DNA of 64,000 bases. It comes from Trichosphaerium sp. ATCC 40318. Lineage: Eukaryota > Protista > Tubulinea. The stretch spans positions 76,179 to 140,178 of the forward strand of contig JALMLS010000373.1 in the NCBI GenBank assembly GCA_038496445.1. Direction: 5' to 3'. Made by a program: the position numbers and the translations under genes. The notes under the pieces are model-generated. The model ran no database searches. It was not told the origin of the DNA and worked only from the letters and a program-made list of their open reading frames with translations. This document shows positions 1 through 13,329 of this stretch, piece by piece. Numbering within the stretch: the first letter of the stretch is position 1; each line of letters begins with the position of its first letter.

Positions 1-2648
1 TCCTTAGAACCGTCACTCCATCGTCCTTTCCATTCAAAACGACCCCATCTAAAGCCTTGTTAATACAAGCAAAACAAGAAAAATTAAGCACTTACGGATT
101 ACGAACACGGACAAGCTTCTTGCCTTGGAACTCTTCAACAAGCAAGATACCATAAGCGTGGTTCTACAAATAAGATTAACACCCTCCTTCACAAAATGTT
201 AAACCGCTGTTAGAACATACCTGAAGGATACCAGAAGATGAAGCATCTTCAGCCTTATCAGTACCACCCTTACGAACAGAAGAGCAACCCATCAAAAAGC
301 TTTGGTTCATATTATCAATGAGTTTATTCCACATTTCAGTGGATGCTTTAATGTCATGTCTAAAAAAAAGTATCAGCTATAATTCTTGTATCCTTTAATA
401 CGTACCCTGTCTCTGAAGCTTCTCCAGTAACATCTACTAGACCTTCTGTAGGGATACCAGACTCAATAGCTTCAAAACTACCGTGCAATTTTGCGTAAGC
501 TTTCTCAATAAGAGGCACCCACATTTCGTTCACTAATAGGTTATTAACAAAGGATTATCCATCTTTAACGAAAACTATCATACAATCTTTGCATCTAGCG
601 AATACTGGTTTGCCTTGAGCATTACAAGGGATACGATCATCAATTGTGATAACACGCCACTTGTGCTCTTTGTAGAAGCGAAGCTGGTAGCTAAACAGGA
701 AGGTCACTATGAGAGAACCAAGAAATCATAAAAAACCATGAACAAAAAAAAAATTACGCACAATCCTTGTTCAGGGTATCTACCAACAAACAAATTTTGA
801 ATCTGTTCATTACCACTAACAGCAAAAACTAAGAGGTACAAGGTGAGATTAACAATACATTATAAACTTATTTCAAAGACATACCTGACATAGCAGACAA
901 GAACCAACAATCACCAAGAGCACCTTGGCAAACATCACCTTCATCAATACCATCAACAAAAAGTTCAAAATCTGCCGAAATTTCAGAAGGACGAAGCCAC
1001 TGAGTAATCTTGGAAGCACCTGAAATATAACGTTAATAAAAACACAAAAGAGAGCTCTAAATCTGGCTCATAGTAAAAACGAAACGCGTACGAGATGGTT
1101 TCGATGGGAATACATCTTTTGCCCTTTAAATAACAGTTAAGGCTAAGAAACAAGAAAATAAAGCGTACTCAGTGCCAAAATCAGGATCTACCCATTTGCC
1201 ACTACCTACTTCACTCTTGATAGCTTTAGCAATCTTTTCTGCCTATTTTTAACGTTAGTACAGAAGGATGAGATGCAATTTCGTGTCACCTCTTTGCGAA
1301 CTTCTACAAACTGTTTGCCTGTATCCATCTTTATAGTACGACGTGTATTCTTCTTCATGGCATCCTTGTGGGCAGCAAAATATGCTTTTCGCTCCTTTTC
1401 TCTTTCCTTACGCGTTTCTATGGAATATAAGCCACCAATGCGCATCTGTATAGCTAATACCTTTCTCAATGGCCTCTCTGTCGTTCTTGAGTTCCACCAT
1501 AAGTGCAACAAGACCTTCAAAGGTCAATCCATCGTTACCATCAGAATGTCTCTTCATGAAAGTTTTTACCTATTATTACGCGTTTAGGCATCTCTAACAA
1601 TACAATAATCGACTCATACGTACCTCAGGTACTGACACTTTAATATCCATAGCTCTGAGAACATCTTGAAGCTCAGCAGGATCTTAACAAATCATCAGAA
1701 AACTGGGTAAACAAAGATTGTTGCGTGTAAGAAAAGAAAAGTATATCTCTACGCTGTACCTAGCAATTGGGAGTTATCTTGATCATTTTTAGTGAACTGG
1801 TGTTCCAACTCGTTGACGTGAAGCATAAGTGACATAAACTCATCAAACGTAAAGCCACCACTGTCATCTAAACGCGCCAGTGTTAAAAAACATGTTTACT
1901 TTTCATTAAACCCATACCATCATCGAAAAATTCTACCAAACTGCTAATAACAGCAGGGGGATAACTATTGAGGCATTATTAGCAAATAAAGCGCGTTTTT
2001 TGAAAATAGTACCGTTGATCGAATGACTTCATGATAGCAGATAGTTCACGCCTACACAAGTAAGAAAAAGGAAAGTAACAACACTAAAGCACTTTTTTAG
2101 TATCGGCGCTTTTTTGGTATTAGTGACAAAAGGCCTGTTAAATACTCACTTGTCTATTGTTCCGGAGTTGTCTGCGTCATGAGCAAGGAAAGCTCTACGC
2201 ATTTGCAAAAAGAACATCATTAGTTCTCCAAACTCCTTTTCCTTCAAAGCGCCACCATCACCATGCTTGTTCATTAGGTATTCTCTGTTTGCTTTTTCGA
2301 GCTTCACACCTTTTTTACATTAAACAGTGGTTGCATGCAACTAATACGTTACCCCATGTCTTTGCGGCTTTTCCAAGCTCTTTGACGGTTATAGTACCGC
2401 TGTTGTCGCTATCGAACTTTTTGAATAACTTCGCGATTAATGCATCTATGGTGTATTAGAATGATTTTTAACGCGTATGTACCCTTATCAGTCGAATCTT
2501 TAATTTCGGCGAGTTTTTTATTACGTCTTGCTCTCTTTCTTTGTTCATGCGCCTCACGCTCAGCTTTAGCTAAGATACAAGTTAGTTAGGTGCCATTACT
2601 CTTTTCAACACGACATTTGGACAAAAAACCATCTAACGTACGGTCCAT
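1..2648 (-). CDS. Calpain (CysPc) with N-terminal multi-EF-hand region; runs off left edge
   Basis: Spliced exons give EF-hands (FKKFDSDNSGTITVKEL, AHDADNSGTID, DDDSGGFTFDEF), then DVCQGALGDCWFLSAMS (Cys), NHAYG (His) and RVRNPWGRFEWKGRWSD (Asn). Confidence 0.9.
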
Positions 2649-2978
2649 GTTCTATGTGTTAACTAGAGTACTCGGTAAACACTAACACGAAATAGTTTGA
2701 CGGTCAATAGTGATGTCGTTATAACTTCCTTAAATACGCAAAACCGTCCTACTCCTTATATAGCGTCAACTTTACTAGTAGGGCCGTTGTTTACTAGATC
2801 TTTTCTTTCGCTGGTGATTGCGAGCGTTAAAACAACACGGTTTTAATTATTTCAAATATTACCACTCTGAGGTATTACTAAGATAAAATGCGAACAGACT
2901 ACAGCCTCAGAATTGAAACTAAAAAACCAATCTGTCAAAAAAATCCAGTACGCTTTATTTACTCTACAAATACCAGAA

Positions 2979-4383
2979 CTATGAAGTTGTAGTATGCTCG
3001 CGCATCTTCTTGCGAAGGATAACATCTACAAGCCCTAAAAAAGGCATTAGTGCGATAATACGATTTGATTTGGAAGTTTTTCTTAAAACCGCGTAAAAAA
3101 ACGACTAACCTGGTAAAAACACTCTGACAGCAGTTGCTACTGCTGTTTTAGCATGTGTGTGTACTTCTCCGGCACCAGTAACTAACCCATGAATCGATAG
3201 AGCTGCGCATTTCTAGAAATTACTTGTGTTTAGTTATGTGCTTTTATACCTTTCAAGAAACGACAAGAGTAAATATACCTCAGCGCTCATTGCTTTTTTC
3301 ATGTTGGAAGGTGTTTCTGATTTTTTTCCGTCCGCGCCAAGCCTTGTCCTGTTGAGATCCGTCCTTACCTACAAGACATTTGTGAAACTGAAAGAATTTT
3401 TTTTTGGCAATTATGTTGACGTACAGTAGCAGGACAAACCAGAGTAATACCAACAGAATCAGATACTTCATGTCTAAGAGACTCAAAGTATCCATGAAGT
3501 GCGAATTTTGAAGCAGCATATCCCGATCTTGGTTGAAACTATGGTTAGCAAAAAGTTTTTGTTTTTCAGATCCAAATAATTCGAAATAGTACCTTGCTGG
3601 TAATCCGACTTTACCTACATGGAGTAAATAATACATCCTCTTGAGGTTATGATAAAAGAGCGTTGTGTGATAACATACCCATGAAAGAGGACATTACTAG
3701 AATCTTTCCTTTTGATGAAATCAAATGTTTTAGAGCATGATGTGTCACGTGTATTGTCCCAAAAAAGTTAACATTCATGAGACGATGGTAAATATCCATG
3801 CTTGTGATATCGCTTACATTGGCGTGCATGCTATTAAAAGTGAGATTCGAACAAGAAGACAAAACAGTTTCCTAACCTCATACCAGCACATAGTGCCAAA
3901 CAATCAATTCTTCCAAATTTTTCTATGGCTGTTTCTACGAGGTTTCTAAGACAGTCAAATAACGTTATGGTTGTTTCAGGTGCTTCTATTCACACTTACA
4001 TGCACTGAGATTCATCTACTACGTCAACACCAACAGCTATGGCACTACTACCTAGAGCTTCGCATTCTTCAACAACACTCTTTAGTAACTCTGTACGCCG
4101 CGCTGATATTACGATTCTAAGCGTGTTGGAACGTTTTTGGGCTTATTTGACATACTTTGTGCTGTATTTCGCAAATTCAAGAGCTAAAGCTTTCCCAATA
4201 CCACTCGACGCGCCAGTAATGACTACAACCTTGCCTAAGCTGTGTTTGGTTCTGATCATTGGAAATGTTGACTGTCGTTCCCATACCCTTCAAATCCCAG
4301 TACTTTGGTCTGCTACATATTATGTAGATAATATAGATAAGTACAACAGGTACTATGTAAGTAGTTACGAGATAAAATAGCAT
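2979..4383 (-). CDS. Short-chain dehydrogenase/reductase, DHRS7-like, with N-terminal membrane anchor
   Basis: N-terminal hydrophobic helix, GKVVVITGASSGIGKALA, MNVNFFG, and a YxxxK-type motif (GYAASKFALHG). Confidence 0.9.
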
Positions 4384-4519
4384 CTCCTTCAATGTGATGC
4401 TTGCACGCGTTACTAGGTACTCGTTGTTGACACTATTCAGATCACTTAACTAAATAAGCCAGTTCTTGGTTATTCGACCGTACATGACAGCTTGAATATT
4501 CGCGAGGCATACACTGAAT

Positions 4520-7364
4520 ATGACAAGTACAAAATGGCTGCGATTTGTAGGGTTTTGGATGCTGGTGTTATTAATGCCACTGATACACGCAGATGATACT
4601 CCTGAGGAAGTAGAAGTCCGTAAGGAATCGCGTGAGAGCTATTTTATGTACATTATACTGGGTTTGCTCATGTTGACTTACATATTCGGTACACAACCGC
4701 CTTTAGCTATTTTTTACGCTAAAACATCACTAAGGGTATATTTTGGATCATATTGGCTTTAAATACCTTCATGAGTCTGCGATTGCTGTTATCTTGGGCG
4801 TTATCACAGGCGCATTCATACACTTTAGAAGTAGAATGACTGGGGCAACGTATGTCTTTTTTTTTACTGAAAGTTACCACGCTGACACCATCTTAACGTT
4901 ATTATGTAGCTATACGCCGCTGGAGCACGCAGGAGGCCTAAATCAGTTTGTTCTGTTCAACCAAGAGTTTTTCTTTCTAGTACTCTTGCCACCTATTATA
5001 TTCAAAGCTGGTTACTCAATGAAGCGTGTACGATTTTTCGAAAAAAGCCTGGTAAGTTATTACCTTCTTACCCGATTTAGAATTATTTTTTCTACAACTT
5101 TATAAGCATCGTTTTATTCGCTTTTGTTGGTACTTTTATATCAACATTTGCTATTGGTGGTGCCATGTTTCAATTATCAAAGGCTGGTGCAACTGTATAC
5201 CAGTACAATTTCCTAGATTGCATGATATTTGGTGCGTGTCAAAATGTCTTGACATTTTTCTTCTTTTGTTTTGCGTTAGCAAAAAAACAACTTTCCAGTC
5301 GTTTGCTTCCACTTTTCTTTGAGCTTCTTAACTTAAATACTCATATCTAAACCATGATTATAAATGTCACGAGTTGCGATATCAGAGTAAAATGTGTGAA
5401 CACGTGAATAATTAGGGAGTAAAAAAGAAGAGGAATTTTTTTTTTAAGCTGAGTTGGGCAGTTTGATACTCATATAATTTTTAAGGTGCTCTTATTTCTG
5501 CGACCGATCCAGTTACTGTACTATCTGTATTCGAAGAAGTTCGTGTGTCAGAGCATTTAGAGTATAACGTATTAGGTGAGAGTGTACTTAATGATGGTGT
5601 TGCTATTGTGTTATATCAGTGCGGTTTTTCTCGTTGGTTATTTCTTTCGCTAATAAGCTTGTTCCTGTTAGAGCAATTTCTCAGTTTAATGTCCACGCAT
5701 TTTCCTATAAAAGACTTGGTGCCTCTTTTGGTCAGTTCATCTTGATATTCGCGGGTTCAGCCACAATTGGATCAGCTGTTGCACTTTTAGCTGCTTTGGT
5801 AAAACAAATAATCTTCATATTATTGATTTGTTGTCTGATCATTCTTCTTAGTTGTTTAAACACGCAAAATTATATCAACACCACACAACAGAAAGCGCAC
5901 TTATAGTTGCCTACGCTTATTGCAGTTACCTCATAGCTGAGGTACGTGAAGTTTCTTTTTTGCAAATGGGCACGTGTTGTTTAATTTAACCTTTTTCAAA
6001 AGGGTCTTGAATTCTCTGGTATTGTAGCAATTTTATTCTGTGGTATTGCAATGGAATACGCTATTGAGAATCTATCGCCGTAAGAAAACTTTAAACACGT
6101 GATAGCAATGCTAAGTTTTAAAAAAGGAAATCTGTTGAAGCAACAAATAGTTTGTTTTCTATTTTGTCCAACATTGCTGAACGGTTAGTGTTTGTATTTT
6201 TGGGCCTAGCACTATTTAGTTACACAGAACACTATGACTGGAAGTAAGTAATATAGTGATACAACACGTGAACAACCATAAAAACGCTTGAAAACGCCGT
6301 CTTTCTTATTCTTAATCTTTTGTTGTTTAGGTTTATACTCTTGAGTATTGTTGTTATTTTTGTAGCTAGAGCTATAAATATATTTCCAATAGCATTCTTG
6401 AGTAATCAATTCCGTCAAAAGAAACAAGCTATAAAGTTTAAGGAACAAATTATGATATGGTTCAGCGGTACGTCCAATATCTTCGTTTTTCCTGTTTTTT
6501 TCTTTAGTTTCTTTTTTATGGCAAGCGTCTCGACTTACAGCGTTTTTTTCTTTTGTTAGGTCTTCGTGGTGCTATTGCATTTGCTCTTGCTTTAAATATA
6601 CCTGGAGAAAACGAAAAGAGATTATTCACTAGTACACTTATGGTTGTTTTCTTTACAGTTGCTGTACTTGGAGGTTTGACTCTAAATATGATACGATGGT
6701 TGAAGATAGATAACAAAGGTACGCCTCGCCAGTGCCTCCAAGTACCCGCCTTATAATTTGGTTGTACTTTCTTAAATCAAATCGTGATTTGATACGAGTG
6801 GGATACCAGTTATTCCTGACACTGAGTTTGTTTAATGGTTTTTTTTGTTTATTGTTTTTTTCTTCTCTAGGACCTGTTGAAGTTGCGAGGATAAGAGATT
6901 CTCCACAAGAAGCTGATGATGATGAATTAAAGTTTCCACAGTGGATGCGTAGACTCAATGCAAGGTTAGATACAAGTTTTCTGTGGACTTTAGGAGTTTA
7001 TTAAAACAAAATTAGAATGAGAGTCATCTTTGTTCATGAGAGATTCCGTAATGTTCAGGAAGAAGATAGTGATGATGGTGATAATAATATTGAAATGGAT
7101 TCATTCCTACAAATTAAAAAGGTTGGAACAGATGCTGAGGATGATATAGACTTGGATGACTTGATTATTGATGACGAAGATGATGATAACAAGGAAGAAA
7201 GTATGTTGTTTTTTGCCCATGTTTGAACCTGCTTGGTTTGTATGGATTTTTGGCTTGATTGTTAAGATTTTGTATTAGGTATAATTCCACGTAACAATGA
7301 TGACTTTGAAGTACGCATTAGTGAGGAAGGAACTAGAAGTGATGCATCTGAAACATCACAATAA
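4520..7364 (+). CDS. Na+/H+ exchanger (CPA1, NHE6/8-like)
   Basis: Signal peptide, [55 protein letters not shown] and an acidic C-terminal tail. Confidence 0.95.
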
Positions 7365-7669
7365 TTTAATACAAAAAAAAACCATCAAAATGTACAAAAT
7401 TATAATAAAGATTCTGCTTTATACCAAGTCTCTAGTAACTTTAGAGACATTCATTATCTCTGTACACATCATATGTATGAATCTAAAAAAAGAGCTGTGG
7501 CAATGTGTTACTAAACCAGTTTTAAACGGGTGCGTGACACTATATCAAAAAAATGTGATGTGCATGTTAAGTGAATCATAAACCTTATCACTACCTGTAT
7601 TTACCTCCACCGTTCATGGTTCCAATAAACAAGTTAACTCTTTTACTAGACTTGTTTGCTATCCTTACA

Positions 7670-8753
7670 CTAATGCTGACCTTTGCACGTGGTTGAGAAA
7701 ACTGTCTTTATTAATAACAGAAAGGCTTTCTATTTTTTCAATGGTAACTTTACACCAACACTCTCAAGGTAGGCAACAATCTTTTTATGCTGTTCTGGGT
7801 AGTTATCTCTTATCCAATCAAGGTCCATTGCACTTATATTCTCAGAAGACACTTCCTTACCAGCGATTCTTGCTTCAACTGCTTTCCAAACCTACAAGGT
7901 TCTATGTTAATAGTGACATAGCTTTCAGTCACGCGTACTAATTCAGGGACTGGGCGATCTAAAGCACCACCCAGATTCATTTCAGCAGGTACTATAATCC
8001 ACTTGTACAAGAACTTCCCTTGTTTATCGACCTGAAACAACATTTTAGAAATGTCGGCGAAAAATAGCAAAAAAACTCAAAGTCGGCATAAAATTGTGTC
8101 GTTTGGAAATAATCACGTGTCAACCATTTAACACATTGTAAAGATTACATGGAGCAGTTTTGAGTTTATCTCAGTGCGTAGTAGTAGAGTACTTTGAGAA
8201 AACACTTCAAAAAAAAAAAAGCAACAAAGAAATGAACGTACAACAAAGAGAGCAGGTTGTGCCATTTCATAGCCTTTGAATTGCGTGAGGTTAACCCCAA
8301 GTTCTACGTTATTGTTTAGTGAGTTTAATTGCTTACTTGATAACTCATTACCTTTGGCAAGTTCATTCGAAGGGCGCCAAAAACGTCGAAATTCAAACCA
8401 AGTTTACTTTTTAACTTTGTTGCAGCCTCTTGATCTTGGGCTGTTACAGCGAACAATTCACCTCCTAGGGACCAACATAAGACTTCTTTTAACGCAATGA
8501 TAGCTATAAAGTACCTTTAGCCTTAAGCTGAGGATAGAAATTCTTGTTCAAGTCGCCCAAGTACCTAGAAGTTGAGTAAGAAAACTAAGAACAAACGCCT
8601 AAAACATACACTCTACAGAATGGGCACCTAAGTGAGAGTAAGTATACGTTGCTTGAGAAGGTTTGAGTACCAATCGCCTCTGTAGAATACAATAGCTGTT
8701 AAATCGCGTGAAGCGATTTGTTCTTTATACCAGTTAACTGTTGCGGATGTCAT
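7670..8753 (-). CDS. AhpC/TSA (redoxin, peroxiredoxin-like) protein with CxxC
   Basis: MTSATVNW...AIVFYRGDW|CPFCR, GELFAVTAQ, GYEMAQPALFV|VDKQGKFLYKW; one apparent 1-nt deletion near 8375. Confidence 0.75.
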
Positions 8754-9352
8754 TTGTTGCTTTTATGTTTGTCTGTTTGAAATAATAAAATCTAAGCATG
8801 AATAAAATTGATAAAATACTGGTTTTTACGAGGTTTGTCCGCGTTTGTCCGCCGTAGATATCAATCTATCAAGTGTTTTTACTGTGCGTAAAAGCAAATG
8901 AGGCTATAAAAGTGTAAAAGGCGGAGGCATTTAGCGTCAAAAGTTGACAGTTTTCCACGTGATGACGAAATAATATGACGCAATAAAATTCTGTTCCAGG
9001 AACTGTTTGTTTGTGATTTATCCTTTTTCAGCGTTTTAATACAAGAGTATTACTTGAACTTTGGGCTGGAGAGTCTTTTGAAGAGATAGCTGCTTTTATT
9101 GTACGTTGTTGATGAAGAGACGTTAGTATACCATATAAGGGCCCGCATAGGGTCACGAGCTTGTAAATAAAATTCATGACCAAGCATACCCTGTACCATT
9201 GTTTATCCGTTTTTTAAGTCAGTATGCAAAGCTCAACTTACGATGAAAAGAACAGAAAACAACGTGATGTGGTAGCAATACATTTTTTTTATTATTTGTT
9301 TTTTTGTTCCTTTGTGGAGTGTTACAAATTGGGTTTTATTGTTGGTGATTAA

Positions 9353-12300
9353 TCAAAACGCAATACCTAACAAATTGTATAAGATAGATGGACTGTTGAG
9401 TATAATAAATAACGCGGTACCTGTTTTCATGAGTAGATTAGACATGAAAATATTACTCAAAACTTCACTCAAGTCTTGGTCTGATGCAACTTCTGTTATG
9501 AATGGATGCTTAGAAAAAGTTAATATTTCCGTTCACCATATTTTAACATAATGAGGAAATCCAAAGCCGGTAATAACGTACTTGAAGTAACTCAGTTGCA
9601 GTTGGTCTTTTAAGTGGATCTTGTTCAAAGCATTTATACAAAAATCCTTTAAGCCGGGAAGAAGCTTTCTTAGGTATTGCATGATGAAGACCTGCTGTAC
9701 ATGCCTTGTAAAGACAATGTATACTTGAAAAAGCATGTGGTGGTCCATGTAATATCATCTAATTTTAAAAAAAACCATCAGGGTACTGCGATCAAGAAAA
9801 AGAAAATCAACTTAAGCAACTTTAATTTAAGTCACTAAAGATGTTTCGAATGAAGTCGTTCTTTTACCTCTAGAATGGAAACTGCAAAACTCCATATATC
9901 TACAGCATAATCATGTGGTTCTAGTTTAACCATTTCTGGTGGCATCCAGAAAGGAGAGCCTAAACAGTCTACACGTTTTCCTGTTGAAAAATCTGCACAA
10001 AATCCGAAGTCTACAAGTTTAACATGACCGTCCAAAGATAACATAATATTTGATGATTTCAAGTCACGGTGTGCATAATTAAGACTATGGAGGTATTCCA
10101 ATGCTCCTAGAATTTCTTTTGCCATAAATCTAAGAAAGAACAAGGATAAGTATTTTTTGTAAAAAAATGACAGAAAAGAAAAAAAAACAGCTTGGCGAGA
10201 CACTGTAGGTGAAGATCAATCTTCAGTAACACAAAAATTGTTCATCTGATAGTTAGTTATACTCAACAGTTCTTTGGAGGTATTTTTCGTTTATGACGAT
10301 AAGGTGAAGGAAGAAAAATAAAGCAAAGATCGTACCCAACATGACCTTCATTAAAGTTATGATACTTTGCAGCATGAGACAGTGTTCCTCCCTGTTTTAT
10401 TCAAAATAAGCGTGTCGCAGAATAAAGCATAGGTGTAAAAATGGTTACCTCTATAAACTCCATAACAATCCATAATTCTCGCTTTTCTTTAACATCCCAA
10501 GCACCAACAAATTTTACAATATTAGGATGATCAAGTTTAGATAATACAGCCATCTCTGAAATATTTCTTTGTTTCTCTTCATCTGTCACGTGTGGTGCAC
10601 GTTTTATAGCCAGACGCTTTTTATTTGATATTTCTGAACCAGCAAACACGCGACCAAACCCACTAGGAACAACAGAGTAAGTACAAGAGAAAGAACTTAA
10701 GTGGGAGTAAAAACTTAAGATGACAAAAAAAAAAGAGAAGTTTGTACCCTTCTCCGCTCTTCTCTGCCATTTTATAGATGTTCTTCATCTTCTTCTGAGG
10801 TGTCTTTATAAGCGCCTTACCACTATCAAATAGGCTATTAAGGTGATACTTTTTCCTATCCTTAGAAATAGGTTGTTCTCCTGGACTCAAGTATTTTTTC
10901 TTGTGTAAAGCATTGACAACTTTAAGAAGAACAGAAAAGTTTTCTTCGTTTGTAAAGTCTTCATCTTGTAGCTTAGCTTTTGCAAGCTTCTTTTGTATAT
11001 CACTAGATAAATCCTTTGTTGTTGTTATTACTTCTGCCTGTCTTGATATATTATCCTTCTTTTGCTTCTTTGAACTCTTTGCTTCTTGTTTTATTAACTT
11101 CGTTTCTGCTTTTCCTTTAACAAGTGGTGGAACAGCACGTCTAACTGGTGCACTTGTTGATTTATTCAGAGCTGGTTTTTTTGTTAATATTTTTGAAGAG
11201 TTAGGAGGTTCTTCATCAGACAAGGATGCGAAAACTTCCGTAAACTGAAAAAAAGTTAAAACAATTAGGAGAAGTTCAAAAAAAAAGCAACAAAACACGC
11301 TCTTGTGCTTACCTCTGTTTGATCACTATGTAACATGAGATCTGGTACGTTAATTTCTTCATTGGCTTTCTTGTACTCTTGATACCCTCTTGATTTTGTG
11401 AATCTAAAAGACGATCAATAAGCGCTTCATATTGTTATAAATTATCCTAAACATAAAACAACTATCAAACTTCATGCAACAGTGCTCAAATTATCACGTG
11501 ATTATGTACTTTGGATAAAAATCATTCTTGAGCTGATTTAAAACATCTTTTTGGGCGGCATCAAACAAGAACGGATTTGCAAATGACTTCTCAATCATGG
11601 ACTCAATTCCTAACAGAAAAAAAATTAAAACAAGAAATTGTAAGTATCTATTTATGGTAACCACATAAATTAATCCCACGTTGTCACGTGCCTTTTTTTA
11701 ATTCTTTCCTAATATTGACAACTGTTTTAGCTTTTTTAGATAACATAAGATTATAAATCTTTTGTGCTAGAGCAAGCTTTGAATCATCATTGCTTTGTTT
11801 GTATATTTCAACGTAAAGATAAAAAGCCAAATAGTGTTGCTTTCCTCTTCGGTTTAAGAAACATTTAAAAAAGTAAAGGAACAATGAGTTTCCAAGACAG
11901 CTAGTAAAAGGATCTTTACTCTTATCTTCGTCTTGTCGGGCACGATGGTCTTTGATGTACATAGCCTAAAATAAAAAAAGCACGTGTTAAAATTACTTCT
12001 ATAAAATATCACTGTAGGCGACATCGCACCACACCACACGCACCATGTCAGTGTCTGGATCTAACAAAATGTCTATTTTACCTTCTCCATCGGTATTTGA
12101 AAATACTGCCCTCTTTTCAGCCGGAATTGGACCAACATGCGGTCTGCTAGGCCTACAATAAAGTTACACAAACAAATAAAAAAAAAAAGGATAAAAACAC
12201 TAAACGGCGTAAAAAATGACGTACACATCAGAAACATTCTTTAAAGGCATAGGTGGTTCAAGAGGAATATCATTACTCTTATCTCGTCCATCTACAGCTA

Positions 12301-13146
12301 CAAAAAAACCCCATCATTACCAAATTTATGAAATAACAAAAAAAAAACGTGCTGCAGCAATTACAAAAAATAGAAGTTTGTTTGGCTTGTAAAGCGTCGT
12401 ACGTTCTTTGGTTTGTGTATCCAGTGTCTGTGAACCAGCAGGGGATGTACTAGATGCCATACGCGCCCGTAACAGTGCCTTTTGCTTCGCATCTTCAATT
12501 CTAGACGCGTCTATCGTGCTACTTGCTGATTTTGATAGAGAAGGTCCTGTAGGATTTTTTCTTCCTACGGTTTTATCAGGTGCGCTCTGTGTTATCTTTT
12601 TTTTGTCTTTTCTAGAAGCAGAAGAGCTTCTTTTTAATTGTCTTTTTGAAGCAGCGTAAAATCGCTTCTTTTTTGATACTGCATGTGGTACAGACGAAGA
12701 GCGCCTAAGTCTAGCCCCGTGCTTCGTTGACATGCCGTTGAAACCGAAAAAGAAAAAAAAACTTCAAAAAAAAAAAAACAGTGCACTGTGTAGCAAAGTA
12801 ACAGTTTCTCTTTGGTCCTATTATAATAACGTTGTGTTAAAAAACGTACCGAGGTGTACACAAATCTCGTTAATGCTGTGATCAACAAGGCTTTTTTCTC
12901 CTTCGACATGACGTAGTTTTGTTAGTAGTTTCTTTTGCCTACATAGTTTGTTGATATTAACGGCAATCAATTGCAAACTTTTAGTTTCTTTCTTACCTCT
13001 CTTCTAGATTGTTTCTTTCGGAAGATAATATAGCAAGCGCTCTTGTGAGCTAGTTGAAGTAGGTTAAAACTGTATAATTATAATAATACGTTTTGTTTAG
13101 TTGCAATAAGCGTATAACGTACCCCTTCTGGTTCAAGCGCGTCCAT
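9353..13146 (-). CDS. RGS-domain STE20/PAK-like Ser/Thr kinase
   Basis: RGS-like exons ([46 protein letters not shown]); kinase motifs [29 protein letters not shown]. 5' exons are less certain. Confidence 0.85.
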
Positions 13147-13329
13147 TTGGCCTATTACAAGCTTATACGCGTTTAGAGGCTTGTTGCAACTAAAAGTTGC
13201 CTAATTAGTAAATTAAGTCGCATGTATTAAAATGATCTCTAAAACAAGTCTAGCAAGCACCAACTAGAACACAAATCAAATAGAATTGCAACGTGCACGT
13301 TTTACGCGTTTATAATTTTTATTTTGGCT

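Noticed and set aside
8610-8680. Selenocysteine in the redoxin WxPxC motif
   Set aside because: After splicing the codons read TGG TGC CCA TTC TGT (W-C-P-F-C), with no in-frame TGA
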